Source: Folioceros fuciformis
Lineage: Eukaryota
Length of the DNA: 20,000 nucleotides
Direction of reading: 5' to 3'
Assembly (NCBI GenBank): GCA_049999805.1
Contig: JBNGIO010006285.1
Span: 277,248-297,247 of the forward strand
Positions within the stretch are counted from its first letter, which is position 1. Each line of letters opens with the position of its first letter. Below, one piece after another: positions 11,801 to 18,134 of the stretch. Under the pieces are notes generated by a model that saw nothing but the letters and a program-made list of their open reading frames with translations, searched no databases and was not told the DNA's origin. Both the position numbers and the translations under genes were made by a program.

Positions 11801-11987
11801 CTCCCTGGTGTCTGAACTGCCCATCACAACTGGAGCTACTTGTCCAGCTGCCCCTGCCAAACAGTGCGTCCTCCCGCAGAGCATTTGTCACACAATTCAG
11901 CTCCCTGACGCCCTCAGTGCTCGATCTAACGACTCCCACAGGACATTCTAATCCAAACAAGCCAGAGACTCTGTGAGAGGTGAGCAT
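8862..11987 (-). CDS. PLS-class pentatricopeptide repeat protein (24 motifs including five LL), E1-E2 plus truncated DYW:WW domain; organellar RNA editing specificity factor
   Basis: Intronless ORF with the first in-frame ATG at 11987 (the track starts at a TTG at 12038). Array P-L-S,(P-LL-S)x5,P-L-S,P2-L2-S2 (VVSWNSMI.GY, LKAC, YAKCGSLEDAR.VF, ACSHGGLV, HYNCMVDLLGRAG). E domains follow, and the protein ends in KEAGRTWWMD...HVFVVGD. Confidence 0.95.
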   Translation of the reverse strand: MLTSHRVSGLFGLECPVGVVRSSTEGVRELNCVTNALREDALFGRGSWTSSSSCDGQFRHQGGESSWTTLIAQQSKSGHGRQALKLYQDMREHGVEPGQHTFVLLLKACSGLQDLSTAKYIHAEVVRNGLETDIYVGTMLVNAYAKCGSLDNARRVFEEMPHRDVVSWNSMISGYAQMGKGEAALELYKRMHQEGVVPNDRVYVAALKACTAVLGSVDGDDCVAKGRYLDTVRAIHADVRKSNCEGNVFVGNTLVDAYSNCGSFEDARLVFERMPVRTVVSWTVMIFGCAQMGRAEDALLMFRKMRLEGVLPDERACVGALTACIAVAEWGHRNGCDVVAVSRQCLETVRAIHTDFGGGNVSSSVIVGNMLVEAYSRCGSLEDARRVFDEMPRRDVGSWNSIISGHSQTEKSEEALQLYTQMREVGTVPNDQTHLLVLKACSIVGELVDINVGHGTRGKERCLEVVRSVHTDIGQGGKALDRFLGTMLVDAYAKCGSLEDARHVFENLSDRDVVSWTAMILGYAEMEKGEEALRLYAQMQEDGVLPNSRTYIGALKACSTIGELREGNNDDGDKVQYLKTVRAIHANVVKGNFQGNLFVANKLVDAYSKCGSLEDARKVFEDMPVRSVVSWNSMVLGYATMAKGEEALQLYARMQEEGVVPNDRTYVGAIKACTAIVESAERNGGDLIKLRKLCLESVRAIHANVRKDDFELNLFVGNMLVDAYAKCGSLEDAREMFEKMPRRDVVSWNSMILGYAQMDKGEEALQLFTRMQQEGVIPNERTYVGALNACSNVAGLEKGREIHGQILNAGLELGSFIPNSLIDMYGKCSSMVDAQQVFDRVPSKDITAWNALLGGYARQGEGEIVFDLFRRMEKQGLQPNDVTFVGLLIACSHGGLVDRGQALFLAMSREYSITPTMQHYNCMVDLLGRAGRIHDAMDMVKTMPIQPDSGVWKCLLAACRNWGNVELGRQAFEFAVKLDKSDAAAYILMSNIYAAAHIPQEAKKVQEMRVESQAWKEAGRTWWMDLNGNAHVFVVGDQKTL

Positions 11988-12501
11988 ATCGCCACAAAGG
12001 TCAGACCAAGCCACATAGCAGCCCAAATCTACCGCCAAGGAACCGAATGCTTCAAAGATTTTTCAGTCACCTCCATCTCTTTTCAGTGTTGGCCGTAGCT
12101 CCAAATTCTCAGGGTCTCAAAAAAAAGATCGCTCCAGAATGCCTGCAGCATCACATGACAAGAGGACATGCAACGCATTATCCAACACTACATGACCTTG
12201 CTACCTACATAAGCACACCTAACCTACCATACATGAACTGACATATATTTATAATGCTCAAATAAATATAATAATATCAATCAATATTTTATTTAAAATT
12301 TTACAAGCTTCATGTAATCATTTTGGTGTAACCTTTATAAATTTTTTATTAGATATTTCAAACTCATATGTGTTATTCACATTTTTAAAAGAGACTCTAT
12401 GCATACTTTGATTAGAAGCTAGAAAGATCCAACTATCCACCTTCGTAGTATTACCATACCCTAATATTTTGCTCTAAAGTAGAAGCTTTACGTCTACTTA
12501 A

Positions 12502-13623
12502 TTACTTACTGCTATAATACTCTAATATTCTACCATAAAGTAACTGCTTTAATTCATGTTGGGACAAATCGGCTAATCCAAGAATCTCAAACTGGGACCA
12601 CACCTTGGACCAAGCATCTACACCACAAGTTTTTTGTTCTTGAGCTCCCACTTCAAAACAAGATTGTAACAAAACCTCTTTAGCTATGATGACTAAGTTG
12701 GAACTACAAGTCTTCAGTCCTTCCTTCTTTCCAAAAAAGGGATGTCTCAAAGCTTCTTCAGCTGTGATAGCTTTTTGCTTACTTTTCACAGAAAGAAGAT
12801 GGAGTAGTGATACAACCATAGGATCAGCTACACGACATCTATCTTTATGATATCTTGTAATGTTTGTCTTCAAATCTACTTCAACTGGATATGCACTTGA
12901 TAATATTTCCTCGAAGATGCTAGCTACATCCCAAATATCAATGAAGGAGTGTTTTAAAGACGTCTTTGGCACACCATAAGCTTGAGGTCCTAAGTGAAAA
13001 TCTAGTGATGGATGGAGATAGTACCCATTAGTTGGCATGGCTCGAGCTAACCCAAAATCACATATTTTAAGTAAACCGTTAGAGTTTACTAGTATGTTGC
13101 TGGACTTCAAATCTATGTGGACAACATTCATGGAATGCAAATACTGTACTCCTGAAAGGATTTGGTAGAGGAAATCTCGTTGTTCATCTGTAGATAAATT
13201 TGAGTCGTTTAGCACTGCAGAAAGATCATTAGCCATGAGTTCCGTCACTATGTACACATCATCAAAATCTTCGTTTGGTGGAAGAAATACATCTTTGAAT
13301 TGAACAACATGTTCGTGTCTTAATGATTGAAGTAAGGCTAGTTCTCGGAAGGTGCTTAGAATTATGTCTCGATTGTTGAAGAGATGTATGCGTTTGATGG
13401 CCACATTTTCTCCTCTTGTCAAGTCTTCAGCAGCATATACCATTCCGAAAGCTCCCTGACCTAAATATTTCATCACATGGTATGATGATTGAATACCATA
13501 ATTAGGAAAATAAGAACCAATTGGTTCGCTGTAATTACTCATCACCTTTCCAGTAACAAGCATATGATTAAGAAAGAGTGCAGTATATGCAATAACAATC
13601 GTCAGCATGTAAAAACCCTTCAT
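12502..13623 (-). CDS. Divergent intronless MAPK-like Ser/Thr protein kinase (group D/TDY-lineage-like) with hydrophobic N-terminus, lacking TxY and APE
   Basis: Intact 373-aa ORF with GQGAFG, VAIK, RE(L), 'LPP..DFDDVYIVTELM.NDL', 'FLYQIL', HIDLKSSN, KICDFGLAR, IDIW, 'ADP', 'TAEEALRHPFF' and a MAPK-type tail 'LKQLLYGRILEY'. Confidence 0.85.
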   Translation of the reverse strand: MKGFYMLTIVIAYTALFLNHMLVTGKVMSNYSEPIGSYFPNYGIQSSYHVMKYLGQGAFGMVYAAEDLTRGENVAIKRIHLFNNRDIILSTFRELALLQSLRHEHVVQFKDVFLPPNEDFDDVYIVTELMANDLSAVLNDSNLSTDEQRDFLYQILSGVQYLHSMNVVHIDLKSSNILVNSNGLLKICDFGLARAMPTNGYYLHPSLDFHLGPQAYGVPKTSLKHSFIDIWDVASIFEEILSSAYPVEVDLKTNITRYHKDRCRVADPMVVSLLHLLSVKSKQKAITAEEALRHPFFGKKEGLKTCSSNLVIIAKEVLLQSCFEVGAQEQKTCGVDAWSKVWSQFEILGLADLSQHELKQLLYGRILEYYSSK

Positions 13624-13668
13624 TTTAATAAGTGAACTTTAGACTTGAGAAGACAAAGTTTTAACTAG

Positions 13669-13677
13669 TTTTATATA
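13669..13677 (-). promoter_or_regulatory. Candidate TATA box of the kinase gene
   Basis: TATATAAAA on the minus strand, 46-54 nt upstream of the ATG at 13623. Confidence 0.4.
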
Positions 13678-13710
13678 AAGGGATTCAAGCGAGGTAGGAA
13701 ACGGCACAAT

Positions 13711-13757
13711 ACCAATGGGCCATATATACTATACACCAATGGTCCATATATAGTATA
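13711..13757. repeat. 24-bp-period direct repeat containing CCAAT and TATATA
   Basis: ACCAATGGGCCATATATACTATA at 13711 and ACCAATGGTCCATATATAGTATA at 13735. Confidence 0.7.
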
Positions 13758-13811
13758 TAATAATTCTTGAATTCGAATGATTTGTATAGGCAGGATTCAC
13801 GCGATTTCCAA

Positions 13812-13839
13812 CCCTAAACTCTAAACCATAAACCCTAAA
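13812..13839 (+). repeat. Short interstitial plant telomere-like tract (4 degenerate CCCTAAA units)
   Basis: CCCTAAA CTCTAAA CCATAAA CCCTAAA. Confidence 0.75.
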
Positions 13840-13917
13840 TTCGAGCCTGTGCCTTTATGGCTTCCTGCGCCTAAGGAGTCTAGCAGAAAAGCAGTTAAGT
13901 GGATTTGAGGACTGTCT

Positions 13918-16479
13918 TCAGTGCCGGTCCATACAAGAACAGAACCCGCCCAGGAATCGATGAACTCGATGTGCATCCCTCACTATGATCTCCCGCTTCT
14001 CAAGCCGTGACATGATCTTGGTGCTGCTATGGCAGTCATCACACATGCGAAGATTTTTGGTAACTAGTAAAGTGGCGCCGTCTGCTGTATGCAGCAGGCC
14101 GTACGCCAACGCCAGTTTCTCGGCATGTCCACAGAGGGCATTCTCCTTTACCTGCTCACACCATGCGTTCAACACTAGCTCTGTTTGTGGCACATGGCCT
14201 CCTTCCTCCTTCAGCCTCGCATTCACACTCCTCGACTTACACACAACGTCAGGCCTTCCTTCTCCTACTGTGAACTCATGCACCTCGTTCTTCACTTCGA
14301 TGCATGCCTTTGCAGGCTTCTTCATGGCACCTGCCGACTTTCTCAAGCTCTCTATCCTTTCTGCATCGTGCCACCTGCCTGCTCTGGCATAGATGCTCCC
14401 CAGTAGGATGTACGCACTCGCATCATCTGCTTCCAGTTCTACAAGACGGTCGAAGCATCGTCTTCCACGCTCTACATCACCGTAGCTTTTGCAAGCACTC
14501 AGCAAAGCTGTCCAGGCAACAACGTCGTTCACAAATAGCCTGCTTCGCACCATGTTTTCAGCCTCACGCAGTTTTCCTGACCGCCCAAGAAGATCAACCA
14601 TGCAGCTGTGGTGATAATCAGTAGGCACAATCCCGCCGCGTTCTACCATCATCTTGAAATAATGCTGGCCTTCGTGCACCAGGCCCGCGTGACTGCATGC
14701 CACAAAGAGACAGATGTAGGTAGTCTCATCGGGCTCGACACCTTGGTTGAGCATCTCCTCAAAACACCAGATTGCCATGAGGCCGTCGCCATGTTCTGCA
14801 TACCCATTCAGCATGGATGTCCACGTCACCAAATCTTTGCTGGCTAATCCGTCAAACACGATGCGAGCATTTTCCAGACTCCCACACTTCGCATACAAGT
14901 CCACAAGGCTGCTGCCCAGAGACATGTCAGAGTCAAGGCCCTGTTCACGAATCTGAGCATGCAGTTGCTTTCCCTGATGAAGGGCTCCCACTTCGGCACA
15001 CGCTTTCAGAAGGCACATATAAGTGACGTTGTCAGCCGGAGTGATGCCCTCCTGCTGCATACTTGCGTACAGAGCCAGGGCATCCTGACTGAGTCCATGC
15101 TGTGTGTATCCCGTGAGCATAGTATTCCATGTAACCACATCCCTAGCGGGCAATGTGTCAAAAACTCTGCGAGCATCTTGCAGGCTCCCACACTTGGAAT
15201 ACATGTCCACGAGACAATTGCCAATCACTGGATCGCTTGCCAGTCCACATTTCTGAATTTGATCATGGAGCTGCTTACCCTGCTCCAAATCTCTCACACT
15301 GGCACATGCTTGAAGCAGGCACACAAACAGGGCACGACCAGTTGGAGTCATGCCCTCACGTTGCATCTGTGCATACAGAGCCAGAGCTTCTCGACCCAGC
15401 CCATGCTGAATATATCCTGCTATCATGGCAGTCCATGTCACATCATCTCTCGTGTGCAATCGGCAGAAAACACTATGCGCCTCCTCCAAACTCCCACACT
15501 TTGCATACATGGTAACCAAGCTGTTGGCAACGAAGACATCAACCTGCAGTTCACTGGCCAAAATATGGGCATGCACCTCCTTCCCAGAAGTCAGATCCTT
15601 TGCGGTGGCACAAGCCTTCAGAACTGCCACAAATAATCGATTGTCAGGCTTCAATGTAGAGTCTCTCATTTGTCGATAGAGCTGTATAGCCTGCGTGGGC
15701 TGCCCATGTCGAACATGCGCCAGAATGATGGTGGCCCACATATACACGTTTGGAGAAGTCACTCTGGTGAACACATGTATTGCGTCCTTCAATTTCGCAT
15801 GAGCAGCATACATAGCAATCAGGTGGTTTGCTAAGAAGGCGTTACACTCGAACCCACTCTTGACAGCAAGGGCATGAAGGCGCCTGCCTAGAACCAGATC
15901 CTTGTGAGCGATGCACCTCTTGAGACAAGCATAGAAGAGGAGAGGGTGAATATAACATCCAAGGTGAAGCAGTAGGTCCAAGGATTGCAGGGCATCTTCC
16001 AGTTGTCCCTCCTCGCAGCACTTGCTCATAACTTCAAATACAGAATCAATTCCAGATGCACATCCATGCCCAGCATCCCACTTGGCTAGTTGAGCGTCAA
16101 CCCACCCAGGCTTTCGACTGCTGTCCAGCCAGAGGGGTTCTTTCGATCCCTTGTGCCTGAAGTCAGGATGGCGGGAACTTCTCTTATCCCGCCTGTTGTC
16201 CCACCACCGTGCAGGATCTTGAAAAAAGACATGCCACAACAGCTCCTGTCGCTCTTTAGTGTGCCGGACTTCTTCGACCCTCGAAGAAGCACCTTCAGGT
16301 GTCCCTACACATCCTGGTTTGGCCGATGCGTGTCCATTCACACACAAGCTGGCTGAGGTGCGCGCAGAACCCCATAAGGATCCAGATCTTGGCTGCACCC
16401 TGTCCAGCACCCGGCGATGCTGAATCCAAAAAAATTGCGGATCCGAAGATGCCGGATGCGAGAGCGGCCGCTCCAACAT
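13918..16479 (-). CDS. PLS-class PPR protein with N-terminal OSB-type PDF motif and C-terminal DYW:KP (DRH-type) domain; candidate U-to-C organellar RNA editing factor
   Basis: Intronless 853-aa ORF. Residues ~80-131 read 'LW..FF.DP.RWWDNR.DK....HPDF.HK...EPLWL...P.WV..QL'. About 15 PLS motifs and E1-E2 follow. 'KKPAKACIEV' replaces the PG box, then CGHAEKLA, KNLRMCDDCH, IIVRDAHRVHRF and CSC-M-DRH. Confidence 0.95.
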   Translation of the reverse strand: MLERPLSHPASSDPQFFWIQHRRVLDRVQPRSGSLWGSARTSASLCVNGHASAKPGCVGTPEGASSRVEEVRHTKERQELLWHVFFQDPARWWDNRRDKRSSRHPDFRHKGSKEPLWLDSSRKPGWVDAQLAKWDAGHGCASGIDSVFEVMSKCCEEGQLEDALQSLDLLLHLGCYIHPLLFYACLKRCIAHKDLVLGRRLHALAVKSGFECNAFLANHLIAMYAAHAKLKDAIHVFTRVTSPNVYMWATIILAHVRHGQPTQAIQLYRQMRDSTLKPDNRLFVAVLKACATAKDLTSGKEVHAHILASELQVDVFVANSLVTMYAKCGSLEEAHSVFCRLHTRDDVTWTAMIAGYIQHGLGREALALYAQMQREGMTPTGRALFVCLLQACASVRDLEQGKQLHDQIQKCGLASDPVIGNCLVDMYSKCGSLQDARRVFDTLPARDVVTWNTMLTGYTQHGLSQDALALYASMQQEGITPADNVTYMCLLKACAEVGALHQGKQLHAQIREQGLDSDMSLGSSLVDLYAKCGSLENARIVFDGLASKDLVTWTSMLNGYAEHGDGLMAIWCFEEMLNQGVEPDETTYICLFVACSHAGLVHEGQHYFKMMVERGGIVPTDYHHSCMVDLLGRSGKLREAENMVRSRLFVNDVVAWTALLSACKSYGDVERGRRCFDRLVELEADDASAYILLGSIYARAGRWHDAERIESLRKSAGAMKKPAKACIEVKNEVHEFTVGEGRPDVVCKSRSVNARLKEEGGHVPQTELVLNAWCEQVKENALCGHAEKLALAYGLLHTADGATLLVTKNLRMCDDCHSSTKIMSRLEKREIIVRDAHRVHRFLGGFCSCMDRH

Positions 16480-17933
16480 CGCTATGCCAACTCCACTTCA
16501 CACCTGCACCAACTGGTATCCAGCTCCATGTTCATGCGGGCACTTCGCTGTAAGCGAATGCACGCCCGGGCATGCACCAGGACCCCGGATAGGGTAGGGC
16601 AGCCTTCTCCATACTAGGGGATCTCTGTTGCACCTCCATTTCGTCCTTCCCAACCGGATAACATAGCTTGGCAAACAGTTGCTCGTAGTACGAGCCTGAT
16701 GCCGACGATGTAAGATCCGGATTCCAAGTGCTCGCTTGATGCCTTGCTGCAGTGGGAGAAATCATTGCCTGCAGCATCGTTTCCTGGAAACCGATTTGAA
16801 GGTGCCACATGACTTGCTTAGGCTGGCCGGGGGCTTGCTCAACAACATTTACGTGCCTTTCCAGTCGTGTCGGAGTAGAAACGCGGCACTCAACATAGCT
16901 CTGAAAGTGCAACTTTTTTTTCAGGAGCCGTGAGAAGACATCTAGATGCTTGGATATTCGAGTCCTGGAGAATCCGACCACATCTGTCCCGTCCTGTACT
17001 CCCAGCACTTGCTGCGTCCACAGAAGAAGCCAATCGATCCCTCACAGTTTGCTCTTCCTTCCGACACACCAGTTGCGGTTGCCCCTGGCTGGAGCGTGCA
17101 TGTGGTTACCGCCCGAACACGCCATCCTTCACACTCCTACATGCACCTGTTATGGATAGTAACCAAAAACCTAATTCTGCGACAATGATCCTTTAGCAGA
17201 TCGTGTTCAAATCCCTGGCCCTGGTCTCAGCAGACTTCTCAGTGGTCAGTGTCCCATGGATGCTCCCTTTTCCGTCTCTTCCGGATGGATGCAGAGTATG
17301 AACATGCAAGACCAGCCCTCCATCTTGCGATTTCTTAGTTTAAAGGTCAAGCATTTGCAGCGTAAACGGAAAACAGAATTTTTTAGCCGGCGGTGGTGAC
17401 GTGAGAAATAGAAAGCTCCCCTCGTTGCAGAAATGTGAGAAGGCCTTCAGGAGCGAGTCTCAACAAGTCGGAACAAACTGTTAGGAAGCCTGGCAGGAGC
17501 GAAGGAACGTTGTCCTTGCCTGCTGCAGGCGATTCGATAAGATGACTGAACAAATTCTAGTATTGCCTACTGAATGGCCGGCCCCTGGGGGCCAAGGAAG
17601 CAGAGGCATGGAGGTGGGTTCAGCGACCAGCTCATGACCAACTGAAACAGGGCATCAAACCGCAAGAAGATGAGACCCATCTTCCACCAGTTGAGGCTAC
17701 GCAGTTGCATGGCCTCATCTTGTATAATAGCAAAGAATTTTGATATAGATACATCGAGTTTTTTAATTCGTCATAATGATAGATATGTGACCTGAACTAC
17801 TTGTTCTAGTACAACAGACTATAATATAATTTCCAAAATTGTCAAGACTAGACATAATGCAAGGAGAGCAGTACCAGCGCTGTCGAGGATACCCATGGCT
17901 TTTGTCTCGAAGGAAGAAGTAGAGCACGCTCTG

Positions 17934-18012
17934 CTACGACCTGACTGCGCTGCAGCTGCCTGTGCTAGCATCTGACAAAATTGTGATCCGCCTTACAGAC
18001 TTCATGAAATCC
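17934..18012 (-). CDS. ARF: Class C auxin response factor, last exon (end of PB1 domain)
   Basis: TGCAG| acceptor at 18013. The phase-2 join gives ...EQYR-DFMKSVRRITILSD...; TAG at 17934. Confidence 0.85.
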
Positions 18013-18134
18013 CTGCATGCACACGCAACCACATGCTCAGTGACATGTTTATAGCGACGATGTCTAAGACAGGAGAGAGTAGTATGCGCCAAGACTAGCA
18101 CAAATGTATGGTAAGGATGCGCATCTTCCAATAC

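Noticed and set aside
9028-11976. Numerous plus-strand ORFs over the PPR genes (also 13985-16617) and ARF (18104-19903)
   Set aside because: Antisense shadows of long coding sequences; their repetitiveness mirrors the PPR motifs.
12502-13623. Horizontal transfer of the kinase from a microbe
   Set aside because: Motifs (LPP..F.DVY, ADP, TAEEAL, ILEY) point to a plant group D MAPK parent, and low GC alone is insufficient. A gene tree would be needed to revive the idea.
16532-17008. 158-aa minus-strand ORF as a separate gene
   Set aside because: Non-ATG start in the track and no recognisable motif. It lies in the probable 5' region of the PPR gene and is at most a uORF.
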